In this document: positions 49,247-59,752 of the stretch, one piece after another | How the letters are laid out: each line of letters opens with the position of its first letter | Position numbering within the stretch: the first letter of the stretch is position 1 | Assembly (NCBI GenBank): GCA_038824035.1 | Contig: JAWBBW010000003.1 | Span: 1 to 64,000 of the forward strand | DNA from: Desulfurococcaceae archaeon | Lineage (GTDB): Archaea; Thermoproteota; Thermoprotei_A; Sulfolobales; Desulfurococcaceae | Length of the DNA stretch: 64,000 nt | Direction: 5' to 3' | Notes under the pieces: model-generated | What the model saw: only the letters and a program-made list of their open reading frames with translations | Told to the model about the DNA's origin: nothing | Databases searched by the model: none | Position numbers and translations under genes: made by a program

Positions 49247-50434
49247 TCACAGGGAATTGTATAGGATATTCTTCAAGATATCCCTAGTTACCTCGAATGG
49301 AATACCCCTATACCTTTCCCTAATCATCCTCTCTACGAACTCCATTACCTTGCCTAGATCTCGTTTTTCAATACCATAATCACTCAGTTTCTCATGAAAA
49401 CCGAGCATTTCTTGAAATCTCTTCACGGAATTAGCGGCTTTCCATGCATCTTCGCTTAAGGGCTTTATCGATGGATCAAGTAATTTGAGTATCCTGGCTG
49501 AACTATGTGGCATAGCCTTATGGGTGTAGTAGATAACCAATGGGCCTGTTATAGCCAGGCCTGCTCCATGCGGTAGCGATGGTTTTAGCCCAGTAAGCCC
49601 ATGTTCCAATGCATGGTTCAAATGCGTCATCGCCAGGTCTATACAAATACCGGAAAGCATTGATGCGTATAGCAACTTACTTCTTAAAATGATGTCACCC
49701 GGCCTATCCAGGACCATGGGTAACGCTTCTACAATGTTTTCAACCGATTTCTCGGCTAATGTGTTAACAAATGCGTTTGAATACAGTGATGTAGCTGACT
49801 CATATGCATGGTAAAAGGCGTCAAGCGATGTGTAGATCGTCTGGTCACGGCTTAATGTAATAGTGTATTTGGGGTCATCGAAACTTACATTTGGATATAT
49901 GGCGTTGAAGCCTCTTTTCTCAATGGTGCCAGATATCGTCAGCACTGCGTATCTATTGATCTCGGAGCCTGTGCCATGAGTTAAATTGATAGCGATCAAT
50001 GGAATATTCACATGGTTCACGTAATGAATATTGTTTTTCATTAAGTCCACAATCCCGATGCCCGTGGACAAAACGAGTGAAACAGCCTTAGCCGTATCTA
50101 TTACACTTCCACCACCTATCGCGATCAATAGATCAACACTGTGGGCCTTAGCATATTCCACGGCCTCTTCCACTAGCGAGGTGGATGGATTAGGAGTTAC
50201 CTTATCGAAAAGTATATATTCAATACCTTGTTCATTGAGAATCCTTGAAACATCGTCAAGGGCTCCCGATACCATGGCCGCTCTCTTGCTCGTTAAGAGA
50301 AACACCTTCTTGAAACCACGTATATATCCAGACAATTCCTCAATAACGCTCTCAACGCCGAAATTCAATGTTACATTTCCATATCTTAGCTTGAATTTCT
50401 TAGTCCATATATCCGATTCCATGTTATACACCAA
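49247..50434 (-). CDS. Iron-containing alcohol dehydrogenase
   Basis: GGGSVIDTAK, HGTGSE, DAFYHAYE, HALEH, PHG. Confidence 0.92.
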   Translation of the reverse strand: MVYNMESDIWTKKFKLRYGNVTLNFGVESVIEELSGYIRGFKKVFLLTSKRAAMVSGALDDVSRILNEQGIEYILFDKVTPNPSTSLVEEAVEYAKAHSVDLLIAIGGGSVIDTAKAVSLVLSTGIGIVDLMKNNIHYVNHVNIPLIAINLTHGTGSEINRYAVLTISGTIEKRGFNAIYPNVSFDDPKYTITLSRDQTIYTSLDAFYHAYESATSLYSNAFVNTLAEKSVENIVEALPMVLDRPGDIILRSKLLYASMLSGICIDLAMTHLNHALEHGLTGLKPSLPHGAGLAITGPLVIYYTHKAMPHSSARILKLLDPSIKPLSEDAWKAANSVKRFQEMLGFHEKLSDYGIEKRDLGKVMEFVERMIRERYRGIPFEVTRDILKNILYNSL

Positions 50435-50436
50435 GC

Positions 50437-51546
50437 CTAGTTCTTATCTATTACAACGAAATCGTTAACCTCTATTAATCCATATAATCTCGATGAGGCT
50501 TCGAGTAAACCAAAAAACGGTAATAGGAGAAATAATTGAGGCGTCTTGGACTTGTATATGCCATATGTATAGCTACCTATGTAGTAGATATTTGTCGGTA
50601 GTAGGAATAAGGCGAATCCCAGGTATGATAAGACTGGGTAAAGCAATATGATTACTATGAAACTTAGAACCCAGGTCACGCTTCTGAAAATTATTAGGAT
50701 CTTCATGGGCGTTGGACAATACTTGATTCCCGATACAACTCCCTTAAACCACCTACCTCGTTGAAACATTAGATCTCTTATCGAATTAGGACTCTTAATT
50801 GAGACGCGGGTGGCCGATTGCCATGTCTTATAACCCCTCTTAACCAGCTCTATGGCGAACACGAAGTCCTCTGCTATTGTCTTCTTATCGAATTTCACTT
50901 CTTTGAGAACCGATCCCTTCACGATCATCAGTTCTCCATGAAGGCCTATAAGTGGCTTACCAAGTAATCCAGTGAAGAATCTGTAAAGAGTGATGTCGTC
51001 GATGTATCTTACCCAATCCATTGTAAATGTGATCTTACTTCTACCTTGTCTAGGTACTAGGATCCCGTTAGCGGCTACGAATCCCTGTTTCTCGTATAGC
51101 GGTATTTCATATAGAAAGTTCAAGTCCATTATTATGTTGTCATCATCGATGAACACATACCATTTATCCGGCTTCACATAGTGCTCGACGAAGTAGTTCA
51201 ATGCCCTGCCTTTGCCTACAAGGTCTCGTCTATATTTATTTGGCACAACTACGAGCCTGACCCCTTTCATATTGATCAACATGTCTATTAAAGGTGCATC
51301 TTCATCGACAACCAATGTCACCTTGTTAAATAGCTTAACATGGTATTTAACAACCTCTATTAGGCTATTCTTAACCTTTTCATTGGCCTTGGAAACTATC
51401 ACTATTTCAACGTTTGACGCTTTCTCATCACCTTTACGTGGTCGATAGAATATATAGCCCACTAGGCCCATGCCGAGGAAAACAGAATATATAGTTATGC
51501 CTAGCACCATGAATTTAATGGCGTTCTCGGTCAAAGTGTTTAACAT
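50437..51546 (-). CDS. Membrane-bound GT2 glycosyltransferase (egghead-like)
   Basis: KGRALNY, DDD, GLHGE, AED, QRGRW; TM helices at both ends. Confidence 0.85.
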   Translation of the reverse strand: MLNTLTENAIKFMVLGITIYSVFLGMGLVGYIFYRPRKGDEKASNVEIVIVSKANEKVKNSLIEVVKYHVKLFNKVTLVVDEDAPLIDMLINMKGVRLVVVPNKYRRDLVGKGRALNYFVEHYVKPDKWYVFIDDDNIIMDLNFLYEIPLYEKQGFVAANGILVPRQGRSKITFTMDWVRYIDDITLYRFFTGLLGKPLIGLHGELMIVKGSVLKEVKFDKKTIAEDFVFAIELVKRGYKTWQSATRVSIKSPNSIRDLMFQRGRWFKGVVSGIKYCPTPMKILIIFRSVTWVLSFIVIILLYPVLSYLGFALFLLPTNIYYIGSYTYGIYKSKTPQLFLLLPFFGLLEASSRLYGLIEVNDFVVIDKN

Positions 51547-51638
51547 CCACTTAAACCTCGCTTTCTGGTTAACAGCGATTTCATCAAGGTATTAGAAATT
51601 ACACTAGGATAAAAATACTTTGTAGAAAACATAAAAGC

Positions 51639-52064
51639 TTATCTATGCGTGGAAGATATTTTCTCGTAAATTATCCTAAACAAATCCTCGCTACTAAACT
51701 CTATTTCGACTCGATCATCGTATTTTTTAACCACAATACCCTCAAGTGGGTTGGGTGGAGGGTCTGGTAATTCCGGGCTAGGTTTCTCCTTACCCAGATA
51801 TATCCATTTCAATTTCTTGGTCACCGGGTCTTTTTCAATTTTATACCAATATCTACCATAATAGTAATATTTCACAAGAGATCCGTCCTGGAGTCTCCTA
51901 GACACTATGTGTACTGGTTTTAAATAGTAATTCTTGCCCTTTATGCTGTTGTTGTACTCATATATGCTAGGCAGGATCTCTCCTAATACAAGGTTTAGTT
52001 TCCTAATTATCTCCGGGGATTCCTTTATTGTCACATATCCTTTTTTACCACTTGACACGAGCAT
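51639..52064 (-). CDS. Hypothetical protein (Tyr-rich beta hairpin, possibly nucleic-acid binding)
   Basis: LKPVH...KYYYYGRYWY...KWIYLGKEKP..LPDPP. Confidence 0.65.
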   Translation of the reverse strand: MLVSSGKKGYVTIKESPEIIRKLNLVLGEILPSIYEYNNSIKGKNYYLKPVHIVSRRLQDGSLVKYYYYGRYWYKIEKDPVTKKLKWIYLGKEKPSPELPDPPPNPLEGIVVKKYDDRVEIEFSSEDLFRIIYEKISSTHR

Positions 52065-52146
52065 CGTGGTCAGCCCATGGGAGTTTAATCACCAGGTCAT
52101 AGACCACTATATTCTTCATCCCAGCTAAAGTATATAAACAAGACTT

Positions 52147-53094
52147 TTAATCTATTCCACGTATCTCTGAGACCCCGTTATAATCTGGTTTAACAATAAA
52201 TGCCTTAAAACCCCTTTGCCTGATTGATTCAAGTATTTTACTGCTGATCGAGGAGTCCACCAGACCTATCACAACCCCACCTTTGCCAGCACCGCTTATT
52301 TTCCCCCCATAAGCCCCTTGTCTAATCATTTCATGAACAATCTCGTCGCACTCCTTACATGAAACCCCTATTGCCCAGAGTAATCCATGGTTCATGAGCA
52401 TTAATTCACCTAGTCCAATCATGTTCGCCTCTTTTATATATTCAAGCGCTTTGTTAACTATTTCCTCGCCAGCTTCATATATTTTGGACATGATAACGGG
52501 AACCCTATCATATCGTTCCAGCACGGATCTCACCACTTCACCAGTTGCCCTTTTCAAGCCGGTGTCTACAACCACGATCTCCACGTTCCCCGGTAATTTC
52601 AGATCGAGTCTCTTGAATACACCGCTCTGGTAGTATAATAAACCACCATAAACAGAAAGTGTATTATCCACTCCACTGGGCCTGTAATGAACCCTTTTCT
52701 CAGCTTCAAAGGCGATCTCGTTGACATCGCTTAATGAGAAATCAACACCTATATATGATAACAATGCATGCGTAAACGCAACGCTCACGGCTGCTGATGA
52801 GCCCATGCCAGCTCCCAGTGGTATTTCCGAATCTATGTAGACATCCACATTCTCTATTTCCACGGCTTTCTTGGAATATCTCTCACTTGCTTTCTCAATT
52901 ATCGTTCTAAACAATAACATGTCCTTGGACTCGTGATCAATTCTGCCTATTTGCTTTGAGAAAAACTCCCCTTTTCCATGTTTTATACACACAACTGCAT
53001 ACCTCGACACAGCAATTCCGAGCGCTGGTTTACCCTTGACCACGAAATGTTCTCCAAATAGCAATATCTTGCCAGGCGCTTTGCTACATATCAT
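52147..53094 (-). CDS. mvk: Mevalonate kinase
   Basis: APGKILLFGEHFVV, PLGAGMGSSAA, PSGVD, KISGAGKGG. Confidence 0.93.
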   Translation of the reverse strand: MICSKAPGKILLFGEHFVVKGKPALGIAVSRYAVVCIKHGKGEFFSKQIGRIDHESKDMLLFRTIIEKASERYSKKAVEIENVDVYIDSEIPLGAGMGSSAAVSVAFTHALLSYIGVDFSLSDVNEIAFEAEKRVHYRPSGVDNTLSVYGGLLYYQSGVFKRLDLKLPGNVEIVVVDTGLKRATGEVVRSVLERYDRVPVIMSKIYEAGEEIVNKALEYIKEANMIGLGELMLMNHGLLWAIGVSCKECDEIVHEMIRQGAYGGKISGAGKGGVVIGLVDSSISSKILESIRQRGFKAFIVKPDYNGVSEIRGID

Positions 53095-53166
53095 TGTGAC
53101 ACCCTGTGTTCAGTTCATAATGGGTTTAAATGTTATTAAATACCAAATTACTTTTAAACACCAGGT

Positions 53167-54021
53167 GTGGGTTTTTTGACAACTGAGAAGAGAATATCAT
53201 TCAGGGATATCCAAAAATTATTAGAGGATTGTAAGAGAAGAACAGAAGGATTTAAACACAAAATACTGGTTATAAGTGGAAAAGGAGGAGTTGGTAAAAC
53301 GTTTTTCTCCTCAATGCTGGCTCTTGCTCTCGCAACTAGGGGGAAAGAAACAGCAATACTGGATGCCGACATATATGGTTCCTCTGTACCCGCTATGCTG
53401 GGCCTATACGGCCTTAGGCACTATGCAAATGAAAAAGGGGATATCCTGCCCGTAACGGGACCTCTTGGTGTAAAAGTCGTGGCGATTAATCTAATGTTGG
53501 ACTCACCCGATACCCCGATTGCGTGGAGAGGATCACTTGTCTCGAGAGCCATCATAGAGTTGCTCGCAAGGGTTGAGTGGGATGGAGGCGATTACTTGGT
53601 CATAGATATGCCGCCTGGTACGGGCGATGCCGCTTTAACTATAATACAGTCATTGCCATCTATATCTGGGGCGTTAGTGGTCACGGCGCCCAACACTCTC
53701 AGCGAGATCATTGTGGCGAAATCAATAAATTTGTTGACTTCCAAGAGCATTAGATTACTCGGCATTGTTGAGAACATGGCCTATTTCAAATGCCCAATAT
53801 GTGGGAGTAAAGTGGACTTGATGGGGAAACACGTGGGCGAAATGCTTGCATCCAGGTATGATATTCCATTGCTGGGTAAAATCCCATTTGACCCAGAGGT
53901 GAATGTAGCGGTGGACTCTCAGATGCCCTACATATTGGCCAAGCCAGATAGTGAGGTATCAAAGGCGATACTTGGGATCGCTGATAAAATAATAACCCTC
54001 CTTGAGCATCAAGATATCTGA
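53167..54021 (+). CDS. Mrp/NBP35 family Fe-S cluster carrier ATPase
   Basis: SGKGGVGKT, DADIYG, WRG, DMPPGTGD, ENMAYFKCPIC. Confidence 0.92.
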   Translation: MGFLTTEKRISFRDIQKLLEDCKRRTEGFKHKILVISGKGGVGKTFFSSMLALALATRGKETAILDADIYGSSVPAMLGLYGLRHYANEKGDILPVTGPLGVKVVAINLMLDSPDTPIAWRGSLVSRAIIELLARVEWDGGDYLVIDMPPGTGDAALTIIQSLPSISGALVVTAPNTLSEIIVAKSINLLTSKSIRLLGIVENMAYFKCPICGSKVDLMGKHVGEMLASRYDIPLLGKIPFDPEVNVAVDSQMPYILAKPDSEVSKAILGIADKIITLLEHQDI

Positions 54022-54063
54022 GATGTATTGCTCGAGAATATCCATGGACAATAACGAGTCAAA

Positions 54064-54741
54064 GTGATTGAAATGTCCCAGGGAGAAATCCATGAAAAAC
54101 CGAATTGGCTATTACTCAAGGATGCTGCAGAAGCGTTGTATAGATCTGGACGAATATTCTTCAGCAGGAAAGAACTTGTCAACGAGGCCAAGAAACGAGA
54201 CCCAGCACGTTCGGATATGAGCCTTGATTTCGAAATAGACCTCGTGACGGTGAATAGCAATAGTAAGGATAAGTACAAGGATCCCGACAAACTGTTCCTG
54301 TATAGAGTTGACAGAGGTAAGTATACTTTATATAACCCGGAAGAACACGGCGATCTAGACAAGTACATAGGCATGGAGAGATATCCATTGGCTGGTAAAC
54401 AGCTGATCGAGAAAGTTCTCGAGATCTTAGAGGAGATGGGCTATGATGCTGTGCCAAATAGATCAATGAAAGTGCTTCAACCAGACATCATAGCCGAGAA
54501 AGAGGAATCTAAAATAGGGATCTGGGTTATAGATCCTAATATGTCGATTTCAACTCAGTACAAGACACTTGCTTATGCTATAGGGTCATGTATGTTGAAT
54601 AGGAGTTTTAACGAATACATAGTAATAGTGCCTGTAGATCTGTATAAGAGGATTACACAGGAAGTGTTGGAGGTTTTAAGGACATTTAACATAAAGTTTG
54701 CAACTCTAAGAGAAGAGAGGAGATACAGCCTTAATTTATGA
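54064..54741 (+). CDS. Hypothetical protein: winged-helix-like N-terminus + restriction-endonuclease-like C-terminus
   Basis: FSRKELV...VTVN...FLYRVDRGKYTLY; LEEMGYDA...PDIIAEK. Confidence 0.6.
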   Translation: MIEMSQGEIHEKPNWLLLKDAAEALYRSGRIFFSRKELVNEAKKRDPARSDMSLDFEIDLVTVNSNSKDKYKDPDKLFLYRVDRGKYTLYNPEEHGDLDKYIGMERYPLAGKQLIEKVLEILEEMGYDAVPNRSMKVLQPDIIAEKEESKIGIWVIDPNMSISTQYKTLAYAIGSCMLNRSFNEYIVIVPVDLYKRITQEVLEVLRTFNIKFATLREERRYSLNL

Positions 54742-55266
54742 GGTGATGTTTTCAGGTTCAAGCCTCTTCTTTAACACCTCCTTTGCTTCTTCGAGAATTG
54801 ACTTGATCTCGCTACTACTATGTACATCGTATGTTATAACATCAGACACCGACATCTCGCCGAGCTCTCTCAGCGAGGACTCGAGTTCAGCGAATACCAT
54901 GCCTATGTCGGGTATATTCAATTCAGGTAGTTTAGATAAATCCCTTATAAGTGGCTTTAATTCGCTGACTAATTGATTGAAATCCCTTGTAACTATAGCG
55001 TATTGTAATGCCAAGTCTATTTTCTCCGTTATAAGCCTCAGTAACGCTAATCTATGGAGTAATTTATCCAGTTTGACGATCTCCTCTGCATATCTCCTAG
55101 CCAGATATCTTTCCCCTTTCTCCTCTAGTTCAACGAGCTTTTCATATAGCATATTTCTTCTCTCAGATATCCTATCATGTATACTGGTGATCTTATCCCG
55201 CATTAATCTCAGGTAATACAGTGTTTCAACGGATTTTTTCAAAGGATCTACGCGGCGCTTAAACAT
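54736..55266 (-). CDS. ESCRT-III/Snf7 family protein (CdvB paralog)
   Basis: Helical hairpin with LARRYAEEIVKL, EKIDLAL, PDI and a C-terminal EIKSILEEAK helix. Confidence 0.75.
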   Translation of the reverse strand: MFKRRVDPLKKSVETLYYLRLMRDKITSIHDRISERRNMLYEKLVELEEKGERYLARRYAEEIVKLDKLLHRLALLRLITEKIDLALQYAIVTRDFNQLVSELKPLIRDLSKLPELNIPDIGMVFAELESSLRELGEMSVSDVITYDVHSSSEIKSILEEAKEVLKKRLEPENITS

Positions 55267-55326
55267 TGAAACCCCGTAGTATTATCAAGGCTATTTGTTT
55301 AAAAAGAAAGGGTTAATTAAATGACT

Positions 55327-57783
55327 CTATATCTCTGTCAATTGATATATGAAGATAGTGCTGTATATTGAACCAGAATAGCCGAGGAAATTAATGGTTA
55401 AAGGCTTCAACGTGCGTGGATCTATAAATGGCTCTACTATAACAGCGTATGGAGCGAGATAGGGGTCATTTTTAAGCGGCCTATCCGATATTACCGAGAT
55501 AGATGTCGGGTTTATGGTTTTCTCAATACTTATTTTCAATGCTGATTCGTAGAAATTCCTTGTCGCCTGATCTAAGTAGAATTCATTACCATTAAACCAG
55601 TAGAATTCCCCTGTCTTGTTCCTAGTACTAGCCCAGTATAACATGCCGTCAACCATCATTTTATATATGAGTGGTAATTTATCGGGATTGCTGAAGTTGG
55701 GGCTGATCAATAATGTATCGGTAAACCTATAAACATAGATGAAATCAGCTGTATTCACATAGTCCACGTTTATCCCTTTAGATCTCAACTCTTCCACCAC
55801 TGAATTACCTATCCTAATCATCCACAAGCTCTTAGGTATATCCACAGCACCTGGCATACCTCCTCCAGTTATAAACGGGGCTATAATAACCCTGTCATCG
55901 AGTTCACCGACAAAGAACGCGTCTATCACCATTATGAATGTTCTATTCGGCTTGACATTGAACAGGCTTGCCAATTTGACTACTTCGCTGGTGTTAGTAG
56001 AGGACATTATAAGCCCTATTATACCTATCTGGGTATTATTGAGAGTAGAACCATCGGCTACAGATGCGCGCAAACCCTCCACGGAGATGCCATATCCATA
56101 ATCCCACCAGGATATCACAACAGAGTCTTCCGGTGTGGAACGTATGATTTCCATTGCCTTGTACCACGAATCACTGAGGTACGGTAAATTACTGACACCT
56201 GCTTTTAGTGTATACACGAAGTTACTGCTTATTCGGTAATCGTAATAAGCTGCATAAGCAGTATTAAATATCGTTAATAGCAGGATAACTGAGAGCAACA
56301 CCCTTGTACCCTTACTTGGCCCCGTGGCTTTAACCAATACCTTGGCTTTCCTTGTTTTAACTCGCTCACTCATTCGTGGCAAGATGTAATTAAACATGCT
56401 AGCTAATAGAGTGCTCACTGTCAATATCCCGAAATACGCGGCGATAGCTATCATATATGCCGCGTTTAGATATGAATAAAATGAAACAGCAAAGGCTACT
56501 GCTACATATATTTGTTCTGGTTGACCCTTGTACAACATATATATAACTCCTATAATGCCCAGTATCAATGGAGATGTAAATATTAATGGTGATAGGAAAA
56601 CACCCCATGCACGTAACATGGCCATCGCGTGTTCTATTGATGACAAGGGGGATTGATGTTCAGCAATGCTCTCTACTAATGGCTGGGTGGGTATGAATCG
56701 TAATCCAAGGGCCCATGCCAATCTACCACTTATCGGTAAAACCCCATAAATTGTCAATACTATTCCGCCAATCACAATTAATATTAAAAGCCCCATGTAC
56801 CTACCCGTTGTCAGAAATGGTTTTTTGAGCCCCATTTTCCTGTATTCGACACCGAGGTAATAGGCTAGTAAGGGGAGTATCAATGTGCCGATCATTATCC
56901 ATCCAAGGCCCCTTATATTAAATGGGTAAATACCGAGCGAAGATGCATTGGCCGGGGATGGTATTATAAATATGAATGAGAACACCACGACGAGAATATT
57001 ATATAATAGAAACCTCTTAGTGAAATGCTGCCTCATCAATATTGGTGATAGGATAATAAACAATACAACTGTACCAATCACGAATACGTAACCACCCCAT
57101 AACCACCCCACAAGAGATAAGAAAAGCGCTGAGAGAGCACTATATTTGAACAATTCAATGGGCTTAACAATAGTATTCACGGTTTTCAATAATCTTGAGT
57201 AAAACAGTATGAACAGGTATAAAAACACGACACTCGCGCCTTCCTTTTCTATGTACCCCACCATTGTTCTCTCAGTAGCAGCTGGTAAAATGGCCAATAA
57301 GAACATAGCCAAGATCCCCCCGATCCTACTACCTGAGAGCTCCTTTGCCACGAAATAAGCTACTATGATGCCAAGTGATGCGAATATCAATGGCTGTATA
57401 CAACTCCATTCCTTAAATCCCAGGCCAAACCTCTGGATTATATGATAGCTAGTTCCTATCCATAGGGGGAACAACGGATAACTGGTGTATATGAAATCCC
57501 TGCCCCATGGATACCAGAAAATATGGGTATCTGGGTTATCCCTTGTCAAACTATACCACGCCAGTGGCCCTTTCTCATATACGTATTTTGCTTGCCAGAA
57601 CTCAATGTAACTGTCAAATTCAAAGAACTCAAACCCGTTTATCCACAGGGGTGCAGCCCTGATCACCAGGCCTAGGATCAATGCCGATATCGCTGTGATC
57701 AATAGTAGTATTTTCATTAATCGTCTGTTCTCATACATGTATGTATACGTTTTCGTGACTGCTGATTCCACGGCTTTAAACAC
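55327..57783 (-). CDS. aglB: Oligosaccharyltransferase (STT3/AglB)
   Basis: EFD, SIAEH, WWDYG, DGST.N, DIPK (DK motif); many TM helices. Confidence 0.95.
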   Translation of the reverse strand: MFKAVESAVTKTYTYMYENRRLMKILLLITAISALILGLVIRAAPLWINGFEFFEFDSYIEFWQAKYVYEKGPLAWYSLTRDNPDTHIFWYPWGRDFIYTSYPLFPLWIGTSYHIIQRFGLGFKEWSCIQPLIFASLGIIVAYFVAKELSGSRIGGILAMFLLAILPAATERTMVGYIEKEGASVVFLYLFILFYSRLLKTVNTIVKPIELFKYSALSALFLSLVGWLWGGYVFVIGTVVLFIILSPILMRQHFTKRFLLYNILVVVFSFIFIIPSPANASSLGIYPFNIRGLGWIMIGTLILPLLAYYLGVEYRKMGLKKPFLTTGRYMGLLILIVIGGIVLTIYGVLPISGRLAWALGLRFIPTQPLVESIAEHQSPLSSIEHAMAMLRAWGVFLSPLIFTSPLILGIIGVIYMLYKGQPEQIYVAVAFAVSFYSYLNAAYMIAIAAYFGILTVSTLLASMFNYILPRMSERVKTRKAKVLVKATGPSKGTRVLLSVILLLTIFNTAYAAYYDYRISSNFVYTLKAGVSNLPYLSDSWYKAMEIIRSTPEDSVVISWWDYGYGISVEGLRASVADGSTLNNTQIGIIGLIMSSTNTSEVVKLASLFNVKPNRTFIMVIDAFFVGELDDRVIIAPFITGGGMPGAVDIPKSLWMIRIGNSVVEELRSKGINVDYVNTADFIYVYRFTDTLLISPNFSNPDKLPLIYKMMVDGMLYWASTRNKTGEFYWFNGNEFYLDQATRNFYESALKISIEKTINPTSISVISDRPLKNDPYLAPYAVIVEPFIDPRTLKPLTINFLGYSGSIYSTIFIYQLTEI

Positions 57784-57853
57784 TTAAATCCCCTCGATTA
57801 AACAGGCCTTGTTGTGAAAATGTCATATTGATTTTGATTTAAAAACAAAACCT

Positions 57854-58798
57854 TCATGGTATTATCAATGCTAGTAATGCTTTTTGAGCGTGTTTCCTAT
57901 TCTCAGCTTGATCCCATACAACACTCCATTTACCATCTATAACATCGTCGACCACTTCCTCTCCTCTCTTGGCTGGTAAACAATGCATGAATATGGCATC
58001 GTGTTTGGCGCGTTTCATTAGGTCAACTGTCACTTTATATGGTGATAAATCCTTTATTCTTTTCTCGCGTTCTTTTTCCTGCCCCATACTAACCCATACA
58101 TCGGTGTAAACTACATCAGCGTTTTCAACGGCTTTGAATGGATCACGTTCGATCTCATATGATCCACCATTCACCATGGCGTATTCCTCAAATAGTTTCA
58201 CAACACTTGGATGAGGGTCATAGCCTGGTGGAGAGGATATGATTATCTCGCCACCCAAGATCCCAATTGCCAACATCAAGCTGTGAAGGACATTGTCACC
58301 TCCATCACCTATGAACACTATCTTCAACCTAGCTATATCTCTGCCTTTTTTCTCAATAATCGTCATCACGTCACTCAATGCCTGTGCTGGGTGATGTAGA
58401 TCGCTCAGCCCATTTATAACGGGCACAGAGCTGTACTCGGCTAATTTCTCCAGTTTCCAGTGTTCATAAACCCTAGCCATTATACCATCCACATACCTGG
58501 ATAAAACCCTCGCTGTATCCTCGATGGTCTCTCCTCTAGCTAGTTGTAGTTCATTTGCACTGAGGTATATAGCATCTCCACCCAGCTCTTTCATTGCTGT
58601 TTCAAAACTGATCCTGGTCCTCGTGCTTGGCTTTTCAAATATCATTGCCAAATGCCTGCCGATTAATAACGGGATAATTCTCTCACCAGCGAGATATCTT
58701 TGTTTAAACTGAAAAGCTGTCTCCACTATGAACAATAGTTCTTCGCGCGTGAACTCTGTAAGAGTTAAAAAATCCCTCCCCTTGAGGCTTGATACCAT
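57854..58798 (-). CDS. argF: Ornithine carbamoyltransferase
   Basis: FEKPSTRTR, HPAQ, YTDVWVSMG, FMHCLP, QAENR. Confidence 0.95.
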   Translation of the reverse strand: MVSSLKGRDFLTLTEFTREELLFIVETAFQFKQRYLAGERIIPLLIGRHLAMIFEKPSTRTRISFETAMKELGGDAIYLSANELQLARGETIEDTARVLSRYVDGIMARVYEHWKLEKLAEYSSVPVINGLSDLHHPAQALSDVMTIIEKKGRDIARLKIVFIGDGGDNVLHSLMLAIGILGGEIIISSPPGYDPHPSVVKLFEEYAMVNGGSYEIERDPFKAVENADVVYTDVWVSMGQEKEREKRIKDLSPYKVTVDLMKRAKHDAIFMHCLPAKRGEEVVDDVIDGKWSVVWDQAENRKHAQKALLALIIP

Positions 58799-58923
58799 TT
58801 CCTACTCCCCTTTTTACCAAAAGGGCTGAGTTAGTATATATGTTTTAGAAAACGACCCTGATTTGATATAAATTCCATGAATTTTGATAAGTTGGTTAAA
58901 TATCAACTAGTGCTTTAACACCA

Positions 58924-59547
58924 CTATAAGCTTAACGACAATCTAAACCACCTGGATTTTTCGAATATATAAGGTGAAATGACCTCTACCAGGTGATATG
59001 CCACCATCCCCGCAATCAAGCCTCCGATCACATCGCTAAGCCAGTGAACACCTGCTAATAAACGTGTAATACATACCGCAAAAACCCATGTATATAGAAA
59101 TAGGCGAATATACATGTTTTTCCACTTATTCGAAATAAACATAGATATTGCTGTGGCTCTAGCAACATGCCCTGATGGATAACCATATAATTCCAATTCG
59201 CCTAGAAAATCAGTAGGTGTATCCATGTATATCCCTGGTCTGGGAATTTTCAACGTCATTTTAAGCCCATATGTGAGTAACAATGTCATGAACATCAATG
59301 AGAGTAGCTCCACGTTAGTCGATGTGAACCGTTTCATTCTAATTAAATCAAGTAGTAGCAATGATAATACCAGTAACAATGTGGCATAAATGTTCGCGGT
59401 TCCCGAGATCGTGATCACAAGGACATTGTCGCCGATATGTAAAACACCGTACACGACTTGGTCCATTTGTTTGAATAAATCGATCTTAACAAGGTATGTG
59501 AACACAATCAATGATATCACCGAGATCATGGTTTTACGTGCCTTCAT
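58924..59547 (-). CDS. PAP2-family membrane phosphatase
   Basis: K...PRP, YPSGH, TRLLAGVHWLSDV; start moved to MKARKT. Confidence 0.85.
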   Translation of the reverse strand: MKARKTMISVISLIVFTYLVKIDLFKQMDQVVYGVLHIGDNVLVITISGTANIYATLLLVLSLLLLDLIRMKRFTSTNVELLSLMFMTLLLTYGLKMTLKIPRPGIYMDTPTDFLGELELYGYPSGHVARATAISMFISNKWKNMYIRLFLYTWVFAVCITRLLAGVHWLSDVIGGLIAGMVAYHLVEVISPYIFEKSRWFRLSLSL

Positions 59548-59752
59548 CTGGAACACCAATGTAGATTGACTATAAATATAGATCTCGTTTAAAATAATAT
59601 GGTTGATAAACCTGATTGAGTGTTCTCGGCATCGGAGCTCGCCTTGTTCCAGGCGTAACAATAATACCTTTTTATGTGCTAGGAATAAGAACCTGTTTAA
59701 ATACCTGTTCCGAATAAGACCATATTCATCAAAGGACATTAATGGTGAGATA

